Numbered from the stretch's first letter, positions 45,852 through 56,221 are shown. The stretch is DNA of 64,000 bases from Nannocystales bacterium (GCA_050633305.1 JBOEGF010000010.1:480001-544000); one strand, 5' to 3'. The notes: generated by a model from the letters alone, not told the origin. Translations and numbers: made by a program.

Positions 45852-47279
45852 TCAGGGTTGGGTCTCGAACGCACCAAGGTCGGGCTGGTCCGTGCGCTTG
45901 TTGCGGTTGAAATCCTCGGGGACGAGGACGGCGGGGATGACGATGCCTGCGTCTATCGCCGTGGAGCTGGCGGCAAGCCGAAAATCACCGCCGGCTGCGT
46001 CGATGAACTCGGACGCGTCGACGCCGATCACGTTTGTATCGACACCGAGTGCAAGTGCCCCATTCCGGGAGGCCAGCTCGGTGGAGACGAGGTTGTTGGC
46101 GATCGTCGCGGTCGTGTCGGGGTAGCGCCACTCGATCCCGTTGAACGTGGTGAGTGTGACGTACGAGGTGTTGTGGACCGCGACCGCTCCACACGCGTGC
46201 CACAAGCCGAGCATGGAATCGAGATCGGTTCCGAGTCCCGGAATCGCACCGGCCATTGCGGGGTCGTCGACCCAGGTGAGGTTGTTGACGACCACGCCGC
46301 GAATGTGGCCCCAGCTCGGCCCGTCAGGGACGCCGCAGGTGTCGTCCGCGGGCTCAGGACGTCCCGCATCGATGTTGTCTCCCCCAAGCAAGATGCCCCG
46401 GAAGTTGTTCCGGAGGATGTTCCGTTCGACGACGGTATCCCTCGAGCCCCGGTCCACGGCGAGGGTTGCGAACGAGAAGGTCGAGCACCAGTGACCCTCG
46501 ATGAGGTTGTCTCGGACGGACCAGCGTGCCCCGCCGGAGATCCGGAGTGCGCTCGCGCCTCCGCAATCGGTCAGGTTTTCGCGAAACGTATCGCTCCGAG
46601 CAAATGTGGAGCAGGCGACCTCGCCATCATCGGTCCAGCGCGCAACACCATTGCCGACACTGAGTTTCGTTCGCAGGGAGTCCCGCAAGACCATGCGGTA
46701 GATTCGCGGGCGCTGGAGGACGACGTCTTCGACGCCAATCTCGACCAGCACCTCGCTGCTGTCCTGGATGGTGAATTCAGCGAGCAGCACATCGCTGGCC
46801 TGAACCGAAACGAGGGCGGCTGTTTCGGAGCTCCCCCCGGTGAGGACGACGTCGTCGGGATCCCCGGTCGTCGAGCGGACCGTGACGCCGTCCGCGGAGA
46901 GCACGAGAGCGGGCTGTCCTGCACGGTCATAGGTCCCCGGCTCGAGGGCGATCGTCGTGTTCGGGGCGGCTTCGGAGAACACGGTGTCCAGGCTCGGGTT
47001 GTCCGCCGGGCTCACGATGATGGCGTCGGCCGGGATGTCCGGGAGTGGCAGGCAGTCGATGGGGAGTTCGTCGCCCGGCACCGCCCCGGTAGCACCGTCT
47101 GTGTTGGCCCCTGTTTCCGACGACACCGCGGACGTTCCCTCCGAGGAACTCTGAGGACCGTCTGTTGGGGGGAGGCCGTCTGTCTCGGCAGGGGGCTCCC
47201 ACGCCGGGTCTTGGACGAGACAACCAGCGTAGAGGAGACAACCGGACAGGGCCGAGAACAGCAGCGAACAGCGACGCAT
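45852..47279 (-). CDS. Secreted/lipoprotein with right-handed beta-helix (pectin-lyase-like) fold
   Basis: Lipobox-like YAGC, TIALEPGTY, VERNILRNN, DFRLAASSTAIDAG..PDLGAFE tail. Confidence 0.7.
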   Translation of the reverse strand: MRRCSLLFSALSGCLLYAGCLVQDPAWEPPAETDGLPPTDGPQSSSEGTSAVSSETGANTDGATGAVPGDELPIDCLPLPDIPADAIIVSPADNPSLDTVFSEAAPNTTIALEPGTYDRAGQPALVLSADGVTVRSTTGDPDDVVLTGGSSETAALVSVQASDVLLAEFTIQDSSEVLVEIGVEDVVLQRPRIYRMVLRDSLRTKLSVGNGVARWTDDGEVACSTFARSDTFRENLTDCGGASALRISGGARWSVRDNLIEGHWCSTFSFATLAVDRGSRDTVVERNILRNNFRGILLGGDNIDAGRPEPADDTCGVPDGPSWGHIRGVVVNNLTWVDDPAMAGAIPGLGTDLDSMLGLWHACGAVAVHNTSYVTLTTFNGIEWRYPDTTATIANNLVSTELASRNGALALGVDTNVIGVDASEFIDAAGGDFRLAASSTAIDAGIVIPAVLVPEDFNRNKRTDQPDLGAFETQP

Positions 47280-47319
47280 TCAACAGCCTGCGAAGGGTCG
47301 ATGTTACCATGCGTCGGCG

Positions 47320-48252
47320 GTGAGTGCTGCGCTCGGTTTCACCTTGGCCGCGATGATGGTGGCTCCTGGCCCCCAGTCGTCGACGGTCGACATCGACCCC
47401 TTATCGATCGAGGGCGAGCTTCCACAGCAGTGGCGGGAGTCGACCAATGCTGCCGTGCTCTCTGGGCTCTCTCGCGGAGCGGTGGACGCTCGGGCAAGCT
47501 GTACTGCGGCTCCGTGTCCCGAGCCGGACGCCGCGTTTGTGGTCACCGGGTCGCTGTCGATCGTTGATCGTGATTGGGCCGTCAAGCTCGAGGTCCGTCG
47601 GCCCGGCGAGCCGGAGGTCGTCGCGAGCACCGAGGGCTTCTGCGAACTGTGCGGTGTTGAAGAGGCCATCGAAGAGATCGAGGCTCGGGCGGCCGTCCTC
47701 GTCCCGAGAATCGAACAACTCGGTGCCTCTGCTCCGGTGTTGATGTTCCGAAGCACGCCTGCGGGCGTCGAGCTGAGCGTGGACTCGGAGCCCCGAGGCG
47801 TGACGCCGGTCGAGGTTCGGACCGAGGCTGGCACGCACCTGGTCGAGGCGAAGAAGCCTGGCTACTTTCCGCAATCGTTCGAGGTTCAGGCGGTCGACGG
47901 TGTGCAGCAGGAGATTTCGCTTCAGCTCATCGCGGTCCCTGCGGAGCCCCCGCCCAACGGCCGCGGCCTTCGGTTGGCGGGCGTGGGAAGCCTTGGTGCG
48001 TCTGTGGTGGCATTGGCCGCCGGCATCCCGCTGCTGGTCCTGCACGGGAGGTCCTACGACAAGACTTGCAATGCCGACGAGACGGGCCGCTGCCAGTTCG
48101 ACTACGACACCCAGACCGGCGGCATTGTAGGCGTCGCGATCGGAGGGGCGCTCGCCGTCACGGGAGCGACGCTGTTGGCGGTTGGCATTCGCCGGGGCCG
48201 CCGAGCGGAGACGGTGGCGGTCTCCGCCGGAGGGATCTCCTTCCGATTCTGA
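47320..48252 (+). CDS. PEGA-domain protein
   Basis: RSTPAGVELSVD..GVTP..GTHLVEAKKPGY; C-terminal hydrophobic segments ending in F. Confidence 0.8.
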   Translation: MSAALGFTLAAMMVAPGPQSSTVDIDPLSIEGELPQQWRESTNAAVLSGLSRGAVDARASCTAAPCPEPDAAFVVTGSLSIVDRDWAVKLEVRRPGEPEVVASTEGFCELCGVEEAIEEIEARAAVLVPRIEQLGASAPVLMFRSTPAGVELSVDSEPRGVTPVEVRTEAGTHLVEAKKPGYFPQSFEVQAVDGVQQEISLQLIAVPAEPPPNGRGLRLAGVGSLGASVVALAAGIPLLVLHGRSYDKTCNADETGRCQFDYDTQTGGIVGVAIGGALAVTGATLLAVGIRRGRRAETVAVSAGGISFRF

Positions 48253-48271
48253 ACCGCGTCGGGATCTGGAC

Positions 48272-48307
48272 AACAAAAAGCGCCGCGACCCCGGAGGGTG
48301 CGGCGCT
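48272..48307 (-). terminator. Intrinsic terminator of the PQQ dehydrogenase gene
   Basis: Plus strand AGCGCCGC-G-ACCC-CGGA-GGGT-GCGGCGCT preceded by an A-run (a U-tract on the minus strand). Confidence 0.7.
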
Positions 48308-48325
48308 CTGCGTCCGGAAGCCGGA

Positions 48326-49792
48326 CTACTGGGCCGCGCTGATTCGGTAGATGGAACCGGCTCCACCTGCGACGGGGGAGCCCGCGATGAAGACATCGCC
48401 GTGCGCGTTGTAGCCACCGCCGAAGGGCGACATGTTCGAAGGAACATTGCCGACAGGTCCGATGACCTCGGATGTGGTGCCGTCGTACGAGACCGCGTAG
48501 ACCTCGGTGCTGCAGAGGTCGGCGTAGAAGTACAGGCCGTCGAAGCCGGGGACCTCGCAGGAGCGGTAGACGCCCAAGCCCGTGATCGAGCAGCGTCCGT
48601 TTCCGTGGTTGTACTCCGCGATGGGAGCGACGAGGCCGTCGGCGTTGGTCTGGCCGGGTTGTGCCGACTCGTCACAGCCACCCGCGTTGAAGCAGTGGTT
48701 GCCCTCCATGTCGCCCCAGCCGTGGTTGGTGCCCGCCTCGACGACGGTGACCTCTTCCCACTGCTCCTGACCGACGTCGGCGACGAACAGGGTGCCGTCG
48801 TCCGGGTCGAACGAGAACCGCCACGGGTTGCGGAACCCGTACGCGTAAATCGCGTCGTCGACGTTGCCATCGCCGACAAAGGGGTTGTCGGCAGGGACGG
48901 TGTAGTCGAACCCGCTGACGGTGGTGCAACCGCAGGTGCCACAGCTCAACGACGTATCCGGGCTGCCGTCCGAGGCGACGTCGATCCGGAGGATCGAGCC
49001 GTGGTGGGAGCCTGTGTTCTGGCCGTTGCCACAACCGTCGTTTTGCGGGCCGCCATCGCCGACCGACACGTACAACATGCCGTCGGGGCCGAACTCGATC
49101 ATGCCGCCGTTGTGGTTGGGCGCGGGTTGCCCCATGCCGAGAACCTCGCGCGCGGAACCGGCATTGACCTGGCCCCCCTCGACGGCAAACTCGGTGACGC
49201 GCCACGACGTGGACGAGTCGCTGTGGAGCACATACATCAGCCCGTTGTCTGCGTACTCGGGGTGGAACGCCATCCCGAGCAGTCCCATCTCGCTGGCCGT
49301 GTTGACCGTCAGTGAGAACCAATCTTCAGCTGGGGCGGAGTCGTCGTCGGGCCCAAGCCGCTTGATGGCTCCACCTTTTTGGAGGACGTACAAGACGTCG
49401 GTGTCGACGGGGTCGCCAAGGACGAACAACGGCTGGTTGAAGCCGGTGGCGACGAGCTCGAAACCAACCGACTGCTCACCTTCGATGGGCTCGTATGGGC
49501 ACTCGGCCGGCTCACCGGTTGTGGTGTCGGTCTCGGCGGTGTCGGTATCCGGGCCGGTTGGGTTCGTGGTGGTTGGGCCCGTGGTCGGGTCCGTGGTGGT
49601 CGGCGAGGTGGTCGTCTGAGGGTCGGTCGTGGCCGGGTTGGTCGTGGCCGAGGATCCCGTGGTCGGCATCGCAGTGGAGGACGACACGGAATCGGTCTCT
49701 CCGCCGGAGGATCCATCATCACCGCACGCGGTGAGGCTCAGGCCGAGAAGGAGAGAAGACGAAAGACAAGCAAAACGAACGCGCGGGTACAT
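48326..49792 (-). CDS. PQQ-dependent sugar/sorbosone dehydrogenase-family lipoprotein
   Basis: Lipobox LTAC, Thr-rich linker, EMGLLGMAFHP, NHNGG..FGPDG.LY..GDGG, GFRNPWRFSFD, DVGQ..EEV. Confidence 0.92.
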   Translation of the reverse strand: MYPRVRFACLSSSLLLGLSLTACGDDGSSGGETDSVSSSTAMPTTGSSATTNPATTDPQTTTSPTTTDPTTGPTTTNPTGPDTDTAETDTTTGEPAECPYEPIEGEQSVGFELVATGFNQPLFVLGDPVDTDVLYVLQKGGAIKRLGPDDDSAPAEDWFSLTVNTASEMGLLGMAFHPEYADNGLMYVLHSDSSTSWRVTEFAVEGGQVNAGSAREVLGMGQPAPNHNGGMIEFGPDGMLYVSVGDGGPQNDGCGNGQNTGSHHGSILRIDVASDGSPDTSLSCGTCGCTTVSGFDYTVPADNPFVGDGNVDDAIYAYGFRNPWRFSFDPDDGTLFVADVGQEQWEEVTVVEAGTNHGWGDMEGNHCFNAGGCDESAQPGQTNADGLVAPIAEYNHGNGRCSITGLGVYRSCEVPGFDGLYFYADLCSTEVYAVSYDGTTSEVIGPVGNVPSNMSPFGGGYNAHGDVFIAGSPVAGGAGSIYRISAAQ

Positions 49793-49949
49793 CAGGGGGA
49801 AACGCTCCGGGGCGGACAGTAACGTCGTTGTCGGAGCAAGTCACGTGCTGTGCGCCTCGTCGCGCGACGTGGCTCGGCTCGGGTTGGAGGGGTTGGCGCG
49901 ACTACCAAAGCGGCGGTCGAACGCCGGCGCAGTCCTCGCCTGTTCGAGG

Positions 49950-51182
49950 TCAGATGACGTCCGCCAACACCGCCAGGAAGCGGTCGACCTCGTCCAGGGT
50001 GTTGTAGTGGACCAAGCTTGCCCGTGCGACCCCGCCGCTTTCCTCGAGGCCGAGCGCATCGATCGCTCCGGGCGCATAGAAGTTGCCACTGCGAAGCGCG
50101 ATCCCGTGTGGGTCAAACAGGGGCGGAATTTCGCTCGCGCGTCGACCGCTGATCGTGAACGCGACGGTGGGTACACGGACGTCGGGGTCAGGGGTATGCG
50201 GACCGATCACGGTGACCGCGTCGTGTTTGAGGAGTCCTTCGAGCAGTCGAGCACACAGGGTGGCCTCGTGAGCGGCGAACGCCTCGAACACGGCGCCGTG
50301 ACGTTGGCGGGCGTCGGTGAACTGGATCTCGTGATGGGCGGCGACGCTGTCGAGGTAGTCGGTGATGCCCAACAGCCCCGCCGTGAGTTCGTGGGTGACG
50401 TTGCCCGGTTGGAACTTGTAGGGCAAACGATCTTCGGGGATGAAGTCGTGGTTCTGACCGTGCGCCGCCAGGAGCAGCGACTCTCGGCCGTACACCACCC
50501 CGAGGTGGGGCCCGTACACCTTGTAGAGGCTGGCAGCGTACGCATCGACGCCGAGAGCCGCGACGTCCATCTGCCGGTGAGGCGCATAGGCGACCCCGTC
50601 CGCAATGACGATCGTGTCCTTCCGGTTGTTGCGGATCACATCGACGATCCGTGGCACGTCGATCAGCTCACCCACAACGTTGGCGCACTGGGTGAACGTC
50701 ACGAGCCGAGTCTTGGGCCCGAGCATCTCGGCGAGATCGTCGACATGCAGGCTTGCCGTTTCCGGCCGAAGCTTCCACTCGTGGAGGACAAGGTCATGCT
50801 GAGCGGCCATCCGGCGCCAGCTGACGATGTTGGCGGCGTGGTCGAGGTTCGTCACCACCACCTCGTCACCGGCATCGAGTGTGGGCCCGATGCCTGCCGC
50901 GAGCGTGCGGAACCCCATCGTGGTCGAGTGGCTGACGATGCTCTCGCGGGTGGACGCCCCGAGCAGCAGCGCCGCCGCGGCTTCGCCTGCTCGGACGTCA
51001 GCCTCGGCGGATTGAGAGCGCCCATAGCTGGCTCCGAGCTGCACCGCTCGGTTCTGCATGTAGTGCGTCGTTCGTTCGATCACCGGGCGCGCCGGCACGC
51101 TGCCGCCGGCGTTGTCGAACAGAGCCCAGGGCGATTGCAGGCCGGGAAACTGGGCGCGGACGAAGTCGACGTCGAGGCTCAC
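49950..51182 (-). CDS. Cysteine desulfurase-like PLP enzyme (class V aminotransferase)
   Basis: VRAQFPGL, FDNAGGS, DHAANI, DGVAYAPH, SLYKVYGPHLG, RASLVHYNT. Confidence 0.9.
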   Translation of the reverse strand: MSLDVDFVRAQFPGLQSPWALFDNAGGSVPARPVIERTTHYMQNRAVQLGASYGRSQSAEADVRAGEAAAALLLGASTRESIVSHSTTMGFRTLAAGIGPTLDAGDEVVVTNLDHAANIVSWRRMAAQHDLVLHEWKLRPETASLHVDDLAEMLGPKTRLVTFTQCANVVGELIDVPRIVDVIRNNRKDTIVIADGVAYAPHRQMDVAALGVDAYAASLYKVYGPHLGVVYGRESLLLAAHGQNHDFIPEDRLPYKFQPGNVTHELTAGLLGITDYLDSVAAHHEIQFTDARQRHGAVFEAFAAHEATLCARLLEGLLKHDAVTVIGPHTPDPDVRVPTVAFTISGRRASEIPPLFDPHGIALRSGNFYAPGAIDALGLEESGGVARASLVHYNTLDEVDRFLAVLADVI

Positions 51183-51215
51183 GGCGCGGAGGGTATCAGG
51201 GAGGCCGCGGCGTCG

Positions 51216-51713
51216 TTACCCGTGTTCGGCGACGAGAAACTCTTCAAGCGCGTCGACGAACGCGGAACCATCGAGCGCACACCGTGGCTCGAGCAATGAT
51301 CGCTCTCCCTCGGCGGTCCACTCGAGGATGCCGGTGTCATCGGGATCTCCGGGGGTGGTCGCGGCGTCGAGCGTGAAGGCCCGGGCGAAGGTGGCCCCAT
51401 TGCCCTCGAATCGGGCTGCACATGCGACGAAGTAGGCTTCGAGCGGCCGAGCGACGGGCGGCATGGTGACAAGGGCGACGAAGATGTCTCCGCGCAGCGC
51501 GAAGCATTCCAGCTCAACCCGGGTGTCCTCCACTCGCTCGTGGGGCTGGAGCGCCTCGTCCATCACATCCCACATCCCCGAGAGGAAAACGGGACCATCG
51601 TCAGAGCCCAAGATCCCCATGATCGCCGCGGGGTTCCGGAGAAAGGCCCGCGGCACAGCCCGGTGCGCATAAAGGTAGTGCGCAACACGGGGCTCTCCGG
51701 GTGCGGGGTCCAT
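51216..51713 (-). CDS. Hypothetical protein
   Basis: Compact ORF (HYLYAHRAVP...EAYFV...FTLD...LEW) between two clear genes. Confidence 0.65.
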   Translation of the reverse strand: MDPAPGEPRVAHYLYAHRAVPRAFLRNPAAIMGILGSDDGPVFLSGMWDVMDEALQPHERVEDTRVELECFALRGDIFVALVTMPPVARPLEAYFVACAARFEGNGATFARAFTLDAATTPGDPDDTGILEWTAEGERSLLEPRCALDGSAFVDALEEFLVAEHG

Positions 51714-51772
51714 CGCCACGGGGTAGGCTCTCACACGGTGCGATTGCGAGTCACCACCGCGGAGTTCTCGGC

Positions 51773-53224
51773 TTGAGTCGCGCATACCCATGGATTCAGG
51801 TCGCCCTGCGCACCGCGGTGAACCTGTTCTTTCGTCGGGTGGAGGTCGGCGGCACACGAAACGTGCCCGCCGAGCGCGGAGGGTTGGTGGTGTCGTGGCA
51901 TCCCAATGGGCTGGTCGACCCCGCGTTGATCCTCACCCAGTGCCCTCGTCCGATCGTCTTCGGGGCACGGCACGGCTTGTTCTCCTACCCGCTCGTGGGC
52001 AACCTGCTCCGCGAGGTCGGGACCGTGCCGATCTACCGAGCCTCGGACATGAAGGACACGTCCACGGACGCTCGCCGTGCCGCCAACCGCAAGAGCCTCG
52101 AGGCGCTCGCGGAGCGGGTCGCGGGTGGCTCGCTTTCCGCACTGTTTCCCGAAGGCGACTCGCATGACCACTCGGGGCTGCAGGCGCTCAAGACCGGGGC
52201 GGCGCGGCTGTACTACCGGGCTCGGCAGCTCGCCCCCGATCGGGAAGCTCCCGCCATCCTCCTCACTGGGCTGCACTACGACGACAAGCAAATGTTCCGC
52301 TCGAGCGCCCTTGTGGCGTTCTTTCCTCCGCTCGAGCTTCCGCCCCACCTCGACGTGACCCCGTCGGGGGATGTGGACGGAGAAGAAGTCCGCGCACTCT
52401 CTCGTGAACTCACCGAGCACATGGAGCAGACCCTGCGAAACGTGGTCCATGCCACGGAGAGCTGGGAGGTCCACGATCTGTTGCATCGCGCGCGTCGACT
52501 CGTCCGGGCCGAGCGAGCGCATCGTTCGGGCGAGTCGCCGGGAAAAACAACCATTGGCGAGCGAGTGCTGGGGTTTGCCGAGGTCCGCGATGGGTATCTC
52601 CACGCCCGAAAGCGAGACCCCGTTTCGACGGCGGCGCTCCGAGCTCGCGTCACGCAGTATGACGCTGACCTGCGCTCCTTGGAGCTCGAGGACTACGACC
52701 TCGACGCGCCACCGAGGACGCATTCTGCAAAGTGGCTTGCGTTGCTCGGGCTCCAGGCCCTCGGGGTGTTCTTTCTGCTGCCGCCTTTGGTGTTCGTCGG
52801 CTACCTGGTCAACCTTCCCACCGCGGGTCTGCTCCTGGGCATCGCCAAGGTGGCCGGAAAACGGCGCAAGGACGAAGCAACCGTCAAGCTGGTGTTGGGG
52901 ATGCTTCTGTACCCGTTGACCTGGATCGGGGTGGGCATCGCTGCGGGGTTTGGCCATCAACAGCTTCACCTTGGCTTCCCCCGGATTCCCGATGCGCCTG
53001 TCTCGGCCGGCTTTATCGCCGCTGCACTCAGTGCGATGGGCGGGGCTGCGGCATTGCGCTACTGGGTCGTGGCACGGGAGACCGCTCGCGCGGTTCGGGT
53101 CCGCCTGACACGGGCACGTGCGATCCGCTCTGTCGCGCAGCTTCGACGCGACCGGGCAGTCCTCTACGATGCGCTCGCGGAGCTGATCGAGGCCACGTCC
53201 GTAGACAAGGACGGTCCGGAATAG
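51773..53224 (+). CDS. Glycerolipid acyltransferase (PlsC-like) with C-terminal membrane domain
   Basis: HPNGLVD (HxxxxD), PIYR, LFPEG, LKTGAAR; start approximate. Confidence 0.88.
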   Translation: MSRAYPWIQVALRTAVNLFFRRVEVGGTRNVPAERGGLVVSWHPNGLVDPALILTQCPRPIVFGARHGLFSYPLVGNLLREVGTVPIYRASDMKDTSTDARRAANRKSLEALAERVAGGSLSALFPEGDSHDHSGLQALKTGAARLYYRARQLAPDREAPAILLTGLHYDDKQMFRSSALVAFFPPLELPPHLDVTPSGDVDGEEVRALSRELTEHMEQTLRNVVHATESWEVHDLLHRARRLVRAERAHRSGESPGKTTIGERVLGFAEVRDGYLHARKRDPVSTAALRARVTQYDADLRSLELEDYDLDAPPRTHSAKWLALLGLQALGVFFLLPPLVFVGYLVNLPTAGLLLGIAKVAGKRRKDEATVKLVLGMLLYPLTWIGVGIAAGFGHQQLHLGFPRIPDAPVSAGFIAAALSAMGGAAALRYWVVARETARAVRVRLTRARAIRSVAQLRRDRAVLYDALAELIEATSVDKDGPE

Positions 53225-53295
53225 GGCTCGAGTTGGGACTTGTGGCCCGGCCCACCGACGGGACCGGTACTTGGGGCAGACACGACAGAGAGTAC

Positions 53296-54438
53296 TCAGC
53301 TGGTCGAGTTCGTGCGGGCGCGGCGAAGTTGGTCGACCAAGGCTTGTTCCGTTGCCGGGTCGGCTGCTTGTGGCCGATCGTGCAAGAGTGCGAGGCGGGC
53401 GAGCGCGGTGTGCATGCGGTCGAACCATCGTCGCTGTGCGTGGTTGCCTCGCTTTCGAGCGTGGAGCATTGCCCGAAAATCTCCGAACCACGCGATCTCG
53501 GCGGGGGACAGCCCATAGCGTTCGGCGAGCCACGGGACGAGTTCGCAGAAACGCTTCTCCTCCTTTCGACGGGTTCGATACAGCACGACCGCGACTGAGA
53601 TGAACGCGACGAAGAACGCCGCAGCCGTCAGGAGTAGAACGCCGACGCCGGCTTCACCGAGCACACCGGGAGCCGCCGCCGAGGCGTTCCACAGCGCGTG
53701 CGTGGCCACGGCGAGCGCATAGCCCCAAAGGATGCTTGGGAACACCGCGCGACCCCGCGAGATCGCACGTCCAACCGCGAGGCCGGTCCATGCCGTGAAC
53801 AACGGATGTGCAAACGGGGCAAGGATGCCGCGCAGGATGAAGACCGCGGCGAGCTGACCCTCGCTGGCGGCGCGGGCGAAGTACTCGATGTCTTCCACAA
53901 CCGCGAAACCGATCGCTGTCCATGCCGCATACACGATGCCGTCCATCGGGCTGTCGACCTCGCGCCGCTTGACCGCGTAGAGGATCGCCCCTGCCTTGGT
54001 GGCTTCTTCGATGAATGGCGCAGAGACCACCGAGGCGATGACCTCGCCGGCCAGTGCACCGACGGTTGCGTTGACGATCGAGGAGAGCAGAATCGCCACG
54101 GTCGCTCCCCACAGCAGCGAGTGGATGAGCGCCGAAGGCGGCTCCGGCTCCACGCGGTCGAGCCACATCATCACCGGCAGTGCGATCACCGCGGGGGCCA
54201 AGGACAGCAGGACGACATGCGGCATGGTCGCGAGTGCGACCAGCACGACGGGCACCACAACGAGCGCCGCGAGCAGAACAGGCACGCTCAGCCAACCCGG
54301 CACGGTGGGCTTCTTGGGGCGTGCACTCAGGTGGGGCGTCCATGCCCACCCGTCCCACCACCGCCATCGGCTGGGGTTCCACGGATCGGGATACCAGCCG
54401 CGATGTGCAGGCATCGTGGTTTGCACGTTCGACTCCAC
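53296..54438 (-). CDS. PrsW-family intramembrane metalloprotease with N-terminal DUF2510-like motif
   Basis: GWYPDP..RWWDG.AWT; EPEP, APFIEEATK, GFAVVEDIEY, HPLFT, HALWN. Confidence 0.9.
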   Translation of the reverse strand: MESNVQTTMPAHRGWYPDPWNPSRWRWWDGWAWTPHLSARPKKPTVPGWLSVPVLLAALVVVPVVLVALATMPHVVLLSLAPAVIALPVMMWLDRVEPEPPSALIHSLLWGATVAILLSSIVNATVGALAGEVIASVVSAPFIEEATKAGAILYAVKRREVDSPMDGIVYAAWTAIGFAVVEDIEYFARAASEGQLAAVFILRGILAPFAHPLFTAWTGLAVGRAISRGRAVFPSILWGYALAVATHALWNASAAAPGVLGEAGVGVLLLTAAAFFVAFISVAVVLYRTRRKEEKRFCELVPWLAERYGLSPAEIAWFGDFRAMLHARKRGNHAQRRWFDRMHTALARLALLHDRPQAADPATEQALVDQLRRARTNSTS

Positions 54439-54526
54439 GTTTTGCGTTCGAACGTATCACCTTCGAGTTCGGTGACCGTTTCGTGAAGTCGCAGCGCGCC
54501 GTCTCGGGGCCGCGGACGGCGGATCG

Positions 54527-56221
54527 TCAGTCTTTGCTGAACAGACCGCGCAGGCCGGATTTCTTCTTCTCAGGCTTCTTGCCGCCGGGAGACTGACCGC
54601 TGGCCATCTTGAGCGCACGTAGGTAGCGCTCGGCGTTGATCAGCCGCGGGTCGGACTTCAGCGCGCGTTCGTAGCAGATGATCGCGGCGCCGGATGCCCC
54701 TAGATCGCGAAGAATGTGGCCTCTCCACATCTGGGCTCGCGCGAGCTTGGGCGCCTCGGTCAACACGGCTCCCAGGAGCTTTTCGGCTCGGGTCGCGTCC
54801 CCGCGGGCGCGGCCCGAGAGGTTGTACTCACACCAGATCGCCGCAGCCTGGTAGTCGGGCTCGTCGGGGGTGAGCTCGAGTGCTCTTCGGTACTCCGCGT
54901 TGGCGCGGTCGAACTTGTTGGCCTTGAGGTAGCGATCGCCGTCGCGGGCGATGACCTCGCTCTCGAACGCGGCCCGGGCGAGGTTGGCGGCTTCGGCATC
55001 TGCGCTGGCCGACACGTCTTCGCCCCGCTCGAGCGCTTCGGAGATGCGTTGGCGCTCCTCCTTGTTGGATAGGGTTGTGTTGGCTTCGCTCAGGGCCGCG
55101 AACACATCGGTCACGCGCTCTCGCAGGTGCTCCCACCCTTTGGCTTGCAGCGCGTCCGGGTGCATCCGACGACTGAGGTCGGACCAGATGCCCCGCAGCT
55201 CTTTGCGCCCTCCGGTGATGTCGAGCCCCAGGAGGGCGAAGGGGTTGGCGTCCTCCGCGATCCGAGCCTCGAAGCTCTCGAGCTCGCCGACGAACGCGGT
55301 AAGCCCGACATCGGGCGTGTCGGGCTCAGGCGCGGGTGGGGGCGCCGGTGCAGGAGCTGGTGCCGAAGCTACAGGCGCCGGTGCGGGCGCTGGTGCGGGC
55401 GTCGGAGCGGGTGCAGGTTGTGGTTTGCGGGCGGGTGCGGTCCTCGCTGTCGTGGGCGAAGCAACGGCCTGTGCAGACGCTCCGGTGTAGAGCATCTGCG
55501 ACGCCCACAGCACGTACACGAGCTGCGCTGCACGGCGTGGCCCACCTTGGGTGGCCGCCGCGAGGCTGTTGAAGTCGGTGCCGGCTTGAAGTGCTTCGAG
55601 GAGGGGGGCGTCGGTCGGTCGGAACCGGAAGTGCTCGTGGTAGCGGGCGTACGCAGCGGTCACCCGCAGAGAGCCTCCCAGGTGCGTACCCATCTCGGCC
55701 TGAACGCGGGCCTCGTCGTAGTGCCGACCGACGGCCGCCAGGATGAGCTCCAGAACGTTGACCCCGGTCATGTGCCCGAGTTCGTGTTGGGTGGTGTGCA
55801 GCGTCGCTTGGCCGTCGCGAAGCGCGAACAGGTGAGAGAGCTTCCGGCCGCACTGGAACCGAAGAGCCTCCGCGAGTTGGGCTTCGTCGATGACGCCGAG
55901 CTGCTGCAGGGTCTGACCGAGGAGGCCACTCCCGGTCTGGGCCATCTGTCCGAGGCCCTGCATCAGCGTGGCCTCGTCGACCCGTCGGAGCTCGAGCAGG
56001 ACCTGTCCGAGCACATCAGGGCCGCTGACCCAGTTGGTGAACACGGGCATGCCTCCGCTGAACCAGACGCGACGCATCCCTGCGGGTTGGCCCCCGGAGG
56101 CCGGCTGCTCCACGTCCATCGTGCCGGTGAAACGCTTGTGCAGCAGCGCGAACAGAAGCCGTGGAGGGCTTACCTGCGCAAAGTTCAACACCGTGGCTGC
56201 AGCAGCGCTCTCGTTGGACAC
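54527..56221 (-). CDS. DUF4388-like + DnaJ + TPR protein
   Basis: N-terminal FTG..VWFSGG..LGQVLL, Pro-rich linker, J-domain with HPD, TPRs. Confidence 0.8.
   Translation of the reverse strand: MSNESAAAATVLNFAQVSPPRLLFALLHKRFTGTMDVEQPASGGQPAGMRRVWFSGGMPVFTNWVSGPDVLGQVLLELRRVDEATLMQGLGQMAQTGSGLLGQTLQQLGVIDEAQLAEALRFQCGRKLSHLFALRDGQATLHTTQHELGHMTGVNVLELILAAVGRHYDEARVQAEMGTHLGGSLRVTAAYARYHEHFRFRPTDAPLLEALQAGTDFNSLAAATQGGPRRAAQLVYVLWASQMLYTGASAQAVASPTTARTAPARKPQPAPAPTPAPAPAPAPVASAPAPAPAPPPAPEPDTPDVGLTAFVGELESFEARIAEDANPFALLGLDITGGRKELRGIWSDLSRRMHPDALQAKGWEHLRERVTDVFAALSEANTTLSNKEERQRISEALERGEDVSASADAEAANLARAAFESEVIARDGDRYLKANKFDRANAEYRRALELTPDEPDYQAAAIWCEYNLSGRARGDATRAEKLLGAVLTEAPKLARAQMWRGHILRDLGASGAAIICYERALKSDPRLINAERYLRALKMASGQSPGGKKPEKKKSGLRGLFSKD

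Noticed and set aside
49520..49680. Repetitive GTGGTC-rich stretch
   Set aside because: Encodes the Thr/Pro linker of the PQQ dehydrogenase lipoprotein; ordinary for myxobacteria.
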